A stretch of DNA of 44,450 bases from Klebsormidium nitens (taxonomy: Eukaryota; Plantae; Klebsormidiophyceae): the NCBI GenBank assembly GCA_000708835.1, contig DF237629.1, positions 1 through 44,450 on the forward strand, read 5' to 3'. The position numbers were made by a program, and so were the translations under genes. This document shows, piece by piece, positions 1 through 13,600 of this stretch; position 1 is the stretch's first letter, and every line of letters starts with the position of its first letter. Below the pieces are notes generated by a model, which saw only the letters and a program-made list of their open reading frames with translations, was not told the DNA's origin and searched no databases.

Positions 1-3000
1 ATCTCCAATAATCTAACAGTCATGGCGCCAAACAGGCGCGTGAAAACGTGTGAGTCCTCAACCCCACCCGAATACTTTTCGAATTCAACCGCGGAGAGGG
101 GAATCAGAAGATCCTCCAAGTACTCGCCGTTCGAACGACTCCACCTGTTTTTCTTGCGCGTTCTGGCAGTACGAGCCATGGACTGCCCTGCGAAACCCTC
201 CCCGCAAAGAAGCGCGGAGCTTTCGACCACCTTTTCTCCCACAAAGTCGCCCTCATCTTCAAACGGCTCTTCCTCTTCTTCCTCAGACTCCTCATCAACG
301 CCCTCTGCCTCGCGCCTTGCTCTGCTCGCTCGGGCAATCTTACACCTCTCCTCCCAAGGCCGAGCTATCTGCAAAGTGTCGGGATGCTAGTTGCGCGCAC
401 TTTCTGAGCGTTCGATTGGACGATTCATTCGCGCACCATATCTGTTGTGTAATTGAGACAGTGGACGTGCGCATGTACTAACGGGTTCTAGTTCTACGGT
501 TTGACGAATTTGTCCTCAGGGGTTCCTCTCCTCCTCGGTCGAGAAAAGCTTCATAGGCACTCCTAGTCAATTCTACGACGAACGCTCGCTCCCCAGGCGC
601 ATTTTTTCACTGTGGAGCGTACCTGTGAGAGATGCACGAAGCGCACGTGCAGTCCGAGCGCGCGCGCGGCCGCGTATAGCACCGCGTCGGCCCCCTTGAG
701 CAGCGCCGCCGGCCGCTCCGCAAACGTATTGCTGACGTGGGGGTAGCGGTGCTGGCACATGAACCCGAGCCGGCCCCCCCCGGGCATGAAGCTCTCCTGA
801 GCGAGCGCTTCCGAAAGGGTCCGGAACAGGGGGAGCGCGCGCAATTCAGCGCGCGCGCTCAGCGGGTGCCCTGGGTACGGCGCCTCGGCTTCGGCGTACA
901 AGTTGTACGTCAGCGTGATGCGGTAGTTGCTCGTTACTTCCTTGATCTGGGCGACAAGATAGAGAGGGAGAGTCGCGCCGCTGACTACATGTATCGGTCC
1001 AAATGCTGGAAGATACCCCAGGGACCTGGAAGCTTCGACCTTTACACAAATTCAATCGTTACTGATCGCATCCAAAAAAAAATTGGACCGCAATGCAGAA
1101 CTTTTAGTTCAGTAGAACCTGCAGATCAAAATCATGTCCTCCTTTACACGGACAAATTGCGAAGAGCCGGAATCGTTCTGGCAAAGATACCAAGAAGAAT
1201 TAAGTTGGGAGCAAGCTTCCCCCGATTGTGTGGACTGTAAGAATTCGTAGAATAGCGACTTGGCAACTCTTGGATAGATACACGCTTCTTTATCCCACTG
1301 CAGGTTCGAAGATACTCACACGCCGCCACTCTCAATAAAGGTCCAGAGTTCCTAGCAATACGCGGCTGCTCGTGGGATTTCAATTCAACATCATTTAAAC
1401 AGAAAGAAAAGAGTTCAAGGATTTGAACAGCACCTCATGCTCGCAGTCGGAGTACAAGGCACACCACTGGATCGCCTCGCCAGACTTCTTGCTCCAGTCG
1501 ATGACGCAGGTCTGCCCCCGGTGCCGGATGTGCAGCTCCCCTCCCTCGTAGGGGGAGGGCAGGCAAATCACTAGGGAGCCGAACATATCACCCCCCCGGG
1601 GTGTGTCCACGTGTGCCTTAAAGAAGTCTCCGGGCCTGCATTCAGAACCGTGATAACAACAGTGATGATGACTGCGACCCGTGTGGCGGAATGAAAAGTT
1701 GGCTTCCGGGTCCTTCTTGTCGGCGTCTGATATTCAGTATTACTAGAGCGTATACGCCGTTCAGCTTCTTTGAACACTAGGGTGCGATTTACAAAGTGTC
1801 AGGAGGGAATATCGCCGTTGACCAAGTCTGGGAAACATTTAAGCAGGTGCTCGTTAAGCGGTTGCGCTGGAGGGCCAAACTTCTACTGCACAAAGGCTGG
1901 CTTCCAGTTTACTTATGTCGTGCGAAAAGTGAAATTGGAGTTTGAGACGTGGGGTCTTATGCTTGCAAACTCTTAGCATCACCAGATGAGACTCAACGTT
2001 GTGCGAAGCGGAATGTCCTTCGCAGTCTTCCGCTTTGCTTCCAACATTGAGAATTCCCAAATTAAAGGGCCACATGCCTTACCCGAGCGAAACAGTAAAA
2101 AGATATTTATCTACGCAAAAGCTCAGCATCGCTCTCCAATAAAACGTCAACCTGGACAACGCTCTGCAGCCAAGTCACGCTCACCGATAAACGTTTAGCT
2201 TGTGAAGCTCCGCCCCGATGCTCCGCCCTGATGCCCTTCGCATCCGGCGCCATGACGCGGTGAATGTCCGGCAGAATGCTGTACTCGGAGAGGTTGAAGG
2301 TACAGGCAAATTGACCACCAAGTTTGAGAGCCTTCCTGGAAGATGCAGAACATTCCTTGCCTCAGAACGGATGGAAAGGTTTTGGTAAGGTGGCTCGCTT
2401 CAACCGAAAACGTTGCGATACAGGGCTTTCACGGTTTGGATTCGAAGTTTCAACGGCAGATTTCTGTAATCATAAGAAGCACAAGATCTCCACAAGGAAG
2501 GGCAAACCTCGGGCGCCCCGATTGCATCCGAGTTGCCAAGTTGCTCGCCCGTTCATTTTCTGATTGTGAGGATTTCTCGCACTGAGCTCGCACTGTCCCA
2601 GGAATCAGACCGGCTACAAAGCCGTCTCAACAGTACGCACCTGTAAGTTGGATCAAGAACGTCTTCCAAACCCCTTCCAAAGGTGGCTTCTTCGCAGGCG
2701 TCGAGCAATTGAAGCAGGTCTTCCTCTTCGCCTGACGAAACAGGAAGCTCCAAGACCTTTGACTCTCTTGCGGTCTCGTTTGACTGCATTAAGCAGAGAA
2801 ACAAGTAGTGTCTTACAAGGATCATCCCCTTTCAATGACACTTGTTTAGGTTGGTGCTATCATGCATTACGAACCTAGACTCCGACAAAGAAACTAATGT
2901 TTGACATGGTGGCCCATGCATATACTCGTGACAGCCACTTCAAAGATACTAGCCAGCTCTCACACAGTTTGTGCGGACCTTCCCCAGCAAGCTGCTAGTT

Positions 3001-3678
3001 GATAGAGCAATCCAGTGCCAATCCGTGGATCTGTTGCTGCGTAGGTCTGATCAAGATCAGAGGACATTGGAGCAACAGCTTGCTTAAGAGAAACCATGTC
3101 AAGTTTTGAACAAATCAGCTTGAACTAGTCACACAACTAGATTATTAGATACTGAACCAGAGCAGAACAAGAGCGACTTTTATCCTCATACCTCACAAGC
3201 CTGTGGGCATCTGACTCACCGGAAGATAAAACAGTTTCAGACCTTCGATTGGAAGTGGAACAAATCCTCCATAGCAGAACGTGGCTGTGAGGCCCTCTGC
3301 ATTCTTTCCGATCTGGCCAAGGAGGTCGCTCATCCTTGAAGGAGTTCCATCAGTTTCGGACTCCGATCTGGATGACCTGGACAAGTCTGGTGCGGCGCTA
3401 CTACTACTATTGCCTGACGTAGCTCTGACGTGAAGAGTCCTTGACGGAGGAGCTTGATGTGCGAATCCAAGCTGTTCTGTCAAGAGATGAGTACTAGTCG
3501 TTGTGTAGTATACATGATTCTTGTGTGTCTGACCAGAGGAACACCTCTGGTACACCCTGGAGCTGAAAGTGTTGCTTGCAGAATTTGAGGTATGCTGAGA
3601 CCGACTGAAGCACCCCGGCATTGCTTGGGATAAAACGTACGTGCAATCCACCCCTGATCCAGCAGCCAGCAAAGCCAT
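1..3678 (-). CDS. 2OG-Fe(II) oxygenase superfamily protein with probable plastid transit peptide; 3' end runs off the window; frameshifted as assembled
   Basis: Exons (minus): 3678-3220, 2783-2641, 2335-2185, 1635-1434, 946-623, 386-<1, all with GT-AG ends. Motifs: FCYGG, ATFGRGLEDVLDPTYRKALKL, AELHKLNVY, FFKAHVDTPRGGDMFGSLVICLP, WCALYSDCEHE, YRITLTYNLY, LGFMCQHRYP, LLKGADAVL. These give the HxD...H...R metal/2OG ligands. The N-terminus is Ser/Thr-rich with an LHVRA|T cleavage-like site. A 13-bp duplication in exon 3 breaks the frame. Confidence 0.85.
2208..2233. repeat. 13-bp near-perfect tandem duplication inside a coding exon
   Basis: ctccgccccgatg (2208-2220) followed by ctccgccctgatg (2221-2233), one mismatch. 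Confidence 0.95.
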
Positions 3679-4726
3679 GTTGATCAAAACACTGTGACGC
3701 TCTGTGGAAGATGCCCTGCTTGATTTCTCCGCACCTCCCTCCTGCTTTCATTCGCCAGCTGTACATCTCAACAAGGGAACGATTCCGAATTGTCCAATCA
3801 TCACCATATTGCGCGGCATCGCACTTGGACCCGCCAGGAAGGGTGGCCGGGATTTGGAGAGGTTTTCCAATCCAATCATCGTTGTACAAGCGCGCATGCA
3901 GTCGAAACCTACCAACTAGTGTGGGCTTCAAGGATACCGCCTTGATCTCAGCTCGGAGTCGCGGGAGATATGCGATTCCCTCGGAACCACGTATGGCTGC
4001 CCTCTATCACGGATCTCCATGCATTTGCAACGCGGAAGTTTCAGTGACCAATGCAGACCTACCGTAGCTACTGTAGCCTTTTGTTCTGAGATCGTCGGGC
4101 AAGCAATGACAAGAAAGCTGAGACAGCCCTCAGTACAGTACGAGATCGAGCATGACGATCAATATTGGGGTGAAGAACCTTCCAACCCAGTGTGCTTTGA
4201 ATGTCTGTAGCCTGCAAGCTGCACGGGCAACTTGAATTGGCTCCAATGATGCATACACTATACGCGGCTTTTCACCCTGAGTAGCTTCCTGCCTGCACCC
4301 TGCAGGCACGTATAGGTTCTCCAGGCGCCTAGTTCTGCAAAATTGTGCATCGCTCAATCAGCAGCAAACACTCTGCGCCTGCATTGCTTTGTAGCATGCC
4401 GCGCTGCGCAGGTTGATGTGGCTCCGACATGTCATGAGCATATCAGACAGCGTACACGCTCTAACTGGCACGCACATATGCCTAGGTAAATCGTTGTCAC
4501 TGCGACCATAAATTTCTTCTCAAGCGCATGTCCATCAACGAATGCACATTCAAGAGAGATTTGATGGCGGCGGCCGCGCTCATGAGAGGATAAATTCGTA
4601 TCATGCTTCATTTGATCATGCAAACATGCACGACACTTGACAACCGGAAGGGAGCCTAGGACTCTACGTGCGGACCGTCAGTTGGCCTTGCTAATGAAGT
4701 CGGCACGACAACAGATCCCGCCAGTT

Positions 4727-7700
4727 TCAATACACTCGCTCAAAGGTCGACACAGGTCTGAGGAAGGCTATGACAATCGTCAGATTATCTCCGCTTAGTC
4801 GATTTGTGATGGCTTCCGTAGCAAGTCGCTTTCCGACCAGGAATGGGTCCTTCACAGTGTCGTAGACAAAAGCGAGGGCCTCTTCGTTGCTGACGACGTC
4901 CCAAAGTCCGTCGCTGGCAATGATCTGCACGAACAAACAAACTCCGCCTTGAAATGGAGCACAAGGAAACCTTGACTGAGCGACGGACCGCACACGAGGG
5001 CAAAGGCTCCAAAGTTATTCAAACGACCTTCTGTTGTCAAATTGCATCAAGAGTTTGACCAACTACCGGGATGCATGAAGACGTTCAGAAGGCGCCAAGC
5101 GAGACGGACAAGATGTAACTGACAGAGACATAACGGTCGCGAAAACAGATAGCCGATACTTTGTTCACCCGTTTGCTTACCAGAAACTCGTCCTCTTCCG
5201 TGAGCTCAATTGCAGAGACCTCAGGGAAAGCGGTGACTGCGGGCTTCAGATCTCCGTCTCCGATGGACCGAGTCACCTGCGAGCGCTCCAAAGATTGACT
5301 TAAGCAAAATTGAGTTGGAAGGGCCCATCCTCATGACCAATCACGTCGCCCCTGGGCGGCTTTGTGAATTCGAACAATAAATCGTGGCTAGCGGAAAAGA
5401 TTATGGTGACCAGATTGCAATCTTCTTGTGCAGGATCTGTGATGGGAAGTAATTGCCGCGTAATCAGCTGACAGCGCCATTTCTCAGCCAGAATTCCTCA
5501 ATCATTGGACCTATTACGGTGGCAACCAAAGTTTTTGAGAATCAGGAATCAGCAGTGTTTACAAGTCGAACTTCGTCAGAGCAGGTTGCCACGTGATCTC
5601 GATGTGAACCATTTCGCCTTTCCAAGGGCGACCCGCCGCGGTTTTTTAATGCGCCCTCTTTGCCCACCTGAATCGCTGCCTGCCCAACCCGCCACGTGTC
5701 GACCCGCCATTCCACAATGCCTCCTGCAGCCTCAACTCGAGCTCGCTCCGTTGGATCCTCCGCGATGTGGTCCTATAAACGTGAAAAAGACGCGTTCAGA
5801 AAGGTCACAGCTTCTAACACACTTCGAAGAGGCAGGGAGTCTACGTTCTCTTTTGCGGCGACTAATCAGTATGTACTTTGCGACAAAGAGCAGAATTCGA
5901 TGTATAATCCTGAGTACGGGTGGTCTTTCATGGCTTTGCGGATTTACATGGAGGGCTCTGATATCCTCAGCCTTGACCCTTAATCGGATCGTCCTCACCA
6001 AGATGACGGAGCGTTGCAAGTTCACCAGCACACTCCAGTATACGCTCTGAAATTGCAATGTCAATAAAACCAAAGCAGGCTCTTCTTACTTTCGTAATCT
6101 GCACAGCCTTTCCGTTTCGACAGAGGACCGCTCTGCAGTCTCCCGCGTTTGCCACCACCAATTTGTCGTCGATCACGAGCGCGGCCACCGCAGTACAGCC
6201 GGGATGCCAATCCTTTCCGCCGCCTCGTCTCAGCACCCGGCGTGCGTCGACTTCTCTCCGAAACTGCTCGTCGGTCCGCGTAAAGGTTGCCACGAGAGCA
6301 TCTTCCGCACTGCAGAAAAAGGACCTTCGTTAAGCCAAAGCAAGGCAAGGCAAAACGTCAGAAGCAAGTGCGGATCGTAAATAGACGCGTAAACGGTCTG
6401 GATCTGTGGCCCTGACGTGCACAGAGCAAAGATGCACGTCTTGCACGAGACGTTCTTGATCTGTTTAGTAAGACTTGGCCAATCGAGCGGGGAGACGGCA
6501 TATTATTTCCGGTGTTTTCATCCAGGAGCAAGGAGTCTCTCAAAGAATGATCAATTGCACGGGCGAACTAGAACAGGGCAAAATTCAATGTATGAGAGGT
6601 TTAAGCAACCAAAAGTCGAGAAGGTCACGTCCCGCACCTTCGGCCCTCCTTCAAGCTCTTGTACACGTGGCGGGGAACGGCACTGGCAGCGAACTCCGCG
6701 GCTTCCGCACCTGTACGGACTCAAAAGAATTGAAATAGAATTGAGGCGATCGAGCATACTCTGACGAGCTGCGCCGCGAAGTGCTTTTTGGAGGTCCACG
6801 AATAGTTGTCACGTGGGCGGAGTCTTCAAACTGCGGGAAAGTGTCTGCGATTCAAAGCTTCAGTCCACATTTCCCGCACGAGTACACGTGGTGAACACCC
6901 ACGCATGAGAACGATAAAGCTAGGTAAATTCCGCCTTTCTTGAGCGCACGAGGCTGAAGTAGAATGAGCAGAATTTACTGACCACAAATAGTAGCATGCC
7001 GGAAACTTCAACAGTTCGGAGAAAAGCCTAGCCTACCCACCTCTATGACCATCGAAAATGCCAAACAGATGGACCCCGTCCAACCCCCCCAGGTCTTGCA
7101 TCGCCACATGCGTATCCTCCATCCGGTCTCGTGCGCCCTTGGTCTCAAACACGCCGCTCGCGACTGTGGGTCGATACCCTCGTTCCGTTCCGTCCTTCCG
7201 TTCCGTTTCCGCTGGCACCACCGCTGCGGATGCCAGCTCCTTCGTCCCCTCTCCCAACGAAACGCTCGCCTCAGCCGCCTGCCGCCAATCGGTCTGCTCG
7301 GTTCCTTTCACCCGCCCTTCCGCCCCCATTTCCGCGCCGGATTCTGCGGCCTGATTCCGTGCGAGCTCCGCTTTGAGAAAATCTAGCTCTTGGATGACTT
7401 CTTCCAACTCTGGTCGCTGGAGGGGGTCAGAGTGCCAGCAGCGCTCGATGATGGAAGCGAGGCCGGGCGGGGCTCTTGAGGCGGCGGTCATGAGCACGGG
7501 GCGCAGCTGGTCGACGGTGATCGCCGCTGCTAGTTGCTGTTCGCTGTAGTCCATCTCGAGAACAGTATGGCACTGCAGAGAAGGGAAAACGCCTGGTAAA
7601 TTGCCGTCTACTGGCCTGCGCTTCTGGCCTTAGGAGACGCTCGCTAGACCAAAGACCGATAGAACTTTGAGCTCGTACCTTAAAAAGGTCGTCGGCATAT

Positions 7701-9928
7701 GAAAAGATTCGAATAACGACAGAAAGCAAGCACCTAAACGTCCGAAGAGCGAATCCTGTGTAAAGGGTCGCACGCTTTTGTCAGATGGATCCGCGAGCAA
7801 GAGGAGCCAGTCAGCAAAAGATTTCTCGATGAAGACTCCTTCAGGGCGACAATCTTTAGTCACCTTTACAGGAAAACGAAGACGGTAGGGGGTCTCACCT
7901 GTGCATCAGTGTACCTATCCGAGTAAGGTATCGTCCTCGTGGCAAGCTCGCTGCAACAACACGAAAACAACGAGCTACACTAAGCTTGACTTCAGCTTGT
8001 CATATTGAGTCATCCAGTGTTTCGAAAGTGCTGACATGTTGGTAGACTCCAAAAGTCACTCTCGTCATCAGGAGTACAAAGCTTTCAAACCACAGTACTT
8101 CATCTCTGTCACAGGGGAGAAAGAAGCATCTTCTACGGTTTAAGAAACTTGAAGGAGACGGAGCAGAGAGGTAGAGAAAAAGACGTACTTGATGGTGATG
8201 GCATAGCTGTAAACATCGGCCTTCGTAGTCGCTACCTCTTTCTTCAGAACTTCCTGTTCCAGAAGGGACAGCGGTCAAAAAGCTGCAGAGTCGAAGGCGC
8301 TCGACAACAAGTTTGAAAGCCCGTGATAGACGAGAGGGTCGCGAGGAGAAGGTCAATGAATATGAACACAGAGTTAAAATCTGAAATTCAAATCATTGTC
8401 ACAGCCGAACAGAAATCTTCCAGGACCGATGGCAGGAAGAAAGCGAACGAAGTTGAGCGGAAGAAACATACCGGGGCCATGTAGTAGAAGGTGCCAACCA
8501 GAAACCTCTTGTGAAAGCCCCCAGTAGGCTTCCCCACTGCTTTCCAGGACTTGCTGAAGTGCTCAATCTGGTTGGCTTGGATAGCAAGGCCGAAGTCGCT
8601 CAAGAAGGCGTTGTAGTTCTCGTCCAGCTGGATCACAGTTTCAAGTCAGAGGATGAAAGAGAGTGGACCTACATAATGTAACAGTGTCAAGCCTACAAGC
8701 TCTCATTCAAGCAGCTGCAACGGTGTTGTCTGATTCTGTTTCTGGGTTTGCAGTAACTCAAAGATCACGAAGAAAATAAATATTTTGCAGCCTCACCAGG
8801 ACGTTGGCTGGCTTCAAGTCCCGATGCACGAAGCCTTTCGCATGTACATAACGGAGAGCCTTCGCTACACGAAGGCATGAGAGGATCGGTTGAGGGCCAG
8901 TTCATTCAAAGGGTCAGTCGTGATCTCACATCTGTACATATTCAATTAGAGCAGTCTTCGAGACTAGAAACAATCAATTGAAAAACATCCTAGGCTGTCT
9001 ACGTTTCTAATGCAAAAAGGGAATCACAACAAACAATCTTTAGTTCTAAAAAACCTTCTAATGCCTGCTCACCAACTTGAAGGGCAATTTCTAGAGTTGC
9101 TGTCCCTGTGGGTTTCCACTCTCGCTCATGTAGGGCTTCTGCTAGATTCCCTTTCTCAAAGAGAGGGAAGACTGTGATGTAATCAGGTGGATGAGCTCTG
9201 GCTGCTCTTAGTGGAGCGATGTTTGGGTGGTCGAGCTCACTGCATACAGGATGATGACCAGACTTGGAAACTGAGAGGGTGACAAGATCTATGCCTTGAG
9301 CTGACAGCGAAGCTGCTCCTGGTTCCCAATATTTCAGTCAAAGAGAGGGCCTGCGAATACGGCTCTTCTACAATGATTGGTGATTTGACATTTGACTTTC
9401 CTTTTCTTCTACTGTTTAGTTAGATTCTCGAAGACTCACAGTAGCAGCTGCAATTCTTTGTGAAATCGGTTGATGTCCTCCGCAGTTGCCAGCTTAGGCT
9501 TCTTGGCCGCCACAGTCTGATCCTGGTATGATGCGCGGTAGACTGTACTTTCAGAACCTGCAAGCAGCACGTTGACACCAGCTCAGGTGACTATGGCAGC
9601 TTATAGAAAGAGACAAGCAGAAAAGAAAGATTCCTTCTATAAGCAGCTAGGTTCCTTTGATTGAAGGAGTTTTAAATGGTTGCACTAGAACGGCACATGA
9701 TGTTGCAGAAGTTGCCATTGACGCTTCAGTAGCGAAGGGCATACCTTCCGCAAGTGGTTGAGATAGTAAGAACTCAGCCTTCGGTACGTTGAGGCGAATT
9801 TGACTGCTCTTGCAACAACCCCTTATACATGAGGTATCCTCGCCGCTGTCACCACTGTTCAAAACATTCTTGGCCTCAACCACTGGCACACTCTGCTGTG
9901 CAGCTTGGGCCTGCTGATCTGCCACCAT
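4727..9928 (-). CDS. Protein kinase and PP2C-like domain-containing protein (At2g40860-like kinase-phosphatase fusion)
   Basis: 13 phase-consistent GT-AG exons: 9928-9745, 9557-9440, 9239-9073, 8864-8797, 8627-8472, 8253-8189, 7950-7899, 7572-7041, 6710-6638, 6309-6090, 5772-5668, 5276-5181, 4924-4727. Kinase motifs: [41 protein letters not shown]2C motifs: [46 protein letters not shown]. The C-terminus [11 protein letters not shown] matches the plant family as recalled. Confidence 0.95.
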
Positions 9929-10691
9929 GACTCCTAAGTGGTGTTTAACAATAGAGCTAGTGAGAACCTGATAACCCCTCTCGGATATCTATCACAATCA
10001 ATTATCAGGACTTGACTTCCGTCAGTACCAGCAGCTTGGAACTGGTCCAAGGCTAAGTACTCATTGATTGAATGTGGGCAAGCTGGACAGCATGGTCTTA
10101 CGACGCTCTATTTTGGAAAACCACCATCGATCTTCTGCACCACCACATGCGAAAGCTGCCACTATGCAAGCGAAAGCGCAGCAATGAGCGGCATCCCTGG
10201 AGGGAACCCTGAAGGTGTCAGACCGTGTCCCTTTGTAGGCGTCCTATTCCATGGCAGGCGTCTTTGATCATGATGTTGGAACACTTCAAACTTCAATGAG
10301 CTGTACAGAGCTGGGAATGCACCATGCTGCACAAGCACTGGCAGGCTTTGATTCCAGCTTGACCTGTTTCGGGTCAGAGCTCTTTTAACGCCCAATATGC
10401 ATTCTGCAGATTTTAGGAGAGGAAGCCGCTTTCTACTGAAATTTGAGCACAGTCTTTTGAGAAGAGGTTCTTCTTTGTGCGCGACAAATCCGTCTTCTGA
10501 AACAGGTTCTGCACTGAGGTTTGTGTTAACCAGCGAACAGTCAAAAAGTCACTGATGAATGCAACACCTCCTCTCATTGTCAAGCAGTGTGTCAAAAGTA
10601 GAGTGGGTAGAGTACTCCTACTTCAAGGGCGGACTCATGGCATTTGGCTCCACCACCACGATGTAGAAAAGGTTCTGGTTAGAGAGTGACC
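9929..10691. promoter_or_regulatory. Probable bidirectional promoter / 5' UTR interval between head-to-head kinase-PP2C and RF1 genes
   Basis: Divergent ATGs at 9928 (-) and 10692 (+), about 760 bp apart. Inferred from geometry only; no specific element identified. Confidence 0.4.
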
Positions 10692-13600
10692 ATGGCAAGC
10701 CCTTTCTTGTGCCTACGAGCTTGTCTGACGCGGGAGCTGGATGGCTTACCACGGTGGTTGCAGAGACTTCCCATCTTCTCTCCCATGCTTTTTCCGCGGG
10801 CGCCTCTGCACACAAAAGCAGGAAGCCAAGAAGCGCAGCAGCCCTTGGAACTTCTCACATTCTCTGAACCAAGTGACTTGAACGCCACTACGCACAATCA
10901 CACATCTCAGAACAATGCTGCTGGTGCCACCACCACTTGTCCAAGAGGGCTAGCCCAAAGGCCATATCATTCTTGGCATGTTGCAAGCTTACTCAATCAA
11001 GGCTGCTCTGATCTTCCCTTTCCTTCAAGCAGCGCTTTTTGCGCACCTGGAGCAAGGAAGTACTCAAGTGGGGCAGGTGAGGAGGTGGTGCGGAATGTGA
11101 ACCTGGTCCAACGCAGATGTCTTTCAGCAGGTATCTTAAGTGACTGGCGTGCACACAGACAACGCTTTATAGAAGCCTTTCACATCTTCTGATGAACCAA
11201 TTAACTTTTGTACTTGACCCGACTGCTGCGTCTTGCATCTGCCGTAAGTAACAACAGTCTGTAAAAAGTGCAACACCCAATTCTTGTCATCTGTGTCACT
11301 CATGCTGGACTTTTTCTCACTGTATGATCTTCACAGGGCTTTCGTCTTTGCCCATCAAGAGACGAGCCGACTTAATGTGGCTCCTGAACCAAGAGGTAAT
11401 ATTCATTCTCTGGGGCAGCATTCTGCACATGAAGACCAGAGACCAATTAGTAACCTGCTCCTAACATGCCAGTCTAGCATACTGCTTCTTCAAAAGCTGG
11501 GACAGCTTCTGGGATGCCTTTGTCAGGCCAAGTGGTTGTACTGCTTCATCCTGTGCTTTTTGATCGCTATTTGCGTTTATCAGGAAAAGGAAGGTCTACA
11601 CAGTTCTGGCCTAGACAGATGTCTAGTGATGGGCGGGGTTGATCATTGAGGAGTTTTCAGGTTGTGTTTAGAGCTTGTTTGGTGCTGCCGCAGAACGCCT
11701 CCCTTCAGTTCTGGTTGAGAACAGAAGAAGACATCAGCACTGATTCCATGGCAAGCGGCCTGCTCAAACCGTTAATAGCACTGCGGAAGGTGAGGCTCCT
11801 TTCCTTTCACATTGAGATAGTTCTTGTGAGGTACTTGTTTTGTCTGTATACTCTTCAGGTCTGCATGCTCAGTGCCTGTAAAGATTGTCCTTTTGGTTGT
11901 CTCTTTAAGGCTTGATAGACTGAGTCAAAGTTGTCTTTTCTTGCAGACACATAGTATCAGCAACTAACATCTATTGGTCCTGTTTAACCGAGAAAAAGGA
12001 AAGCCTTCGTATCATAATTCAGGAATGTGAACGAAACGGTCCCCTGCGTACTTTCTCATCTCTCAGGAGATAGCGGAGCTGCAAGCGATCCTTGATGATG
12101 CAAACGAAGATGAGGAGATGAAGAACGTCGCAGAAGAGGAGCTTGAAGGCCAGACTCAGGAGTTGGCTCGTGTCAAGGACGAGCTGATCGACCAACTCCT
12201 GCCACGAGACGAAGCAGACGATAGTGGGTGCATTCTAGAGGTGAGAGCAGGTAAGATGGGGGTCATGGTTGGAAGAACACGGCTTCGAAGTCACTGTCTC
12301 CTCCTCTTTAGATGTTTGGAACAATAGAAGTCATCTCCGTGTGGATGACGTAAGATGGATTTTGATTCAATAGAAACGGCAGCGAACCTAATTGTAATCT
12401 CAAAGCTGCATTCAGTGCATAATCACAATCTTGACATGTGCTGGAAAGTACAAGCAAAAGCGTCGAATGTGCTTTCTTGACGCATCTTCAGGGAACGTGT
12501 GATGACCAAGAAAAACTACTTTTGTCAGAACTACGATGCAAGCGTTGTTGAAATCTCACAGGACCGTCTGTCGAGTCTTTGACCTCTCGCTTGGAATAAG
12601 TTCCCTTTTTACACATCACTCAGCAAGATTTGCACACTGTTCCAACTCATGCAGAAAAACCAGACAGAGTTCACGACTGTCCTCGCAAGAGCTAGAACGA
12701 AGAAAACTGTTTCTTCCAGGCACTGGTGGCGACGAAGCTGCCCTGTTTGCGCTGGAAGTATTTGGCATGTACGAGAGTCTGGCCAGGGGCAAAGGCTGGA
12801 AGTTTGAGGTTGTGGACGTCAACAGCACAGAGCTCAAGGGCTGTAAGGTACAAGACTGCAAGTCTGGTTTGCGCTCACGTGCGACTCACGATCTTCGCTC
12901 AACTTTCGCCCTTTCTCAGAGCTCTATGCTAGGGCAAGGGAACTGCGATTTTTCGTTTCTCGAAAGTTTCTAAAAGCACTTGAGAGCTTTTCGATGTGGT
13001 TATCTGATTGTTGTCGTGTTCGACTCTTGGATCGTTTGGGCCGATTATTGGTCCCATTATGATCTCGAAAAATCGTTACTTTCGCTCAAAACAGGAAGCC
13101 AGCGCGGCCATAAGCGGGCGAGGTGCATATGGACGCTTCAAGTATGAAATTGGGGTACATCGAGTGCAGGTAAGCTGTCGCTCTCAACCTTTATATTGTC
13201 GTTCTAGTTGGCATCCTCAACCAGATTTCGATACGTAGGAGTGGCAGCAATCTCTACTTTTCAGAAGCAGACTGCTTCCGTGCTCACAAGACTGGCCTGC
13301 TTTCAGAGCAAACCTTTTTGACTCATTCACGAGCGCTTAAGACGACGCTAGCTTTTAGAATCCGTTCCGATCGAGACCGAGAAGTGACTTGGAACATCAT
13401 TTCTAACTTCACTCCGAGCAATTTTCTCCATAAGCAAGCGGTTGAATCAACAACAGTCCTTTCTAAAGAAGTTATAGAGTTTAGCTACACAGCCGCACCG
13501 ATCTCTCGACACCAGAAACCTCGTCGTAATGAACAGAGGTTGGATAGTCAGACCTTGGCCAACAGAAAGTGAAAACTGGAGGTATTCATACTTTCGCTCC

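Noticed and set aside
3494-3931. 145-aa minus ORF, and a same-frame pair of plus ORFs (3704-3919, 4019-4210) separated by one TAG
   Set aside because: No recognisable motif or splice structure. The minus ORF overlaps the oxygenase first exon in another frame, and the region is best read as 5' UTR/promoter.
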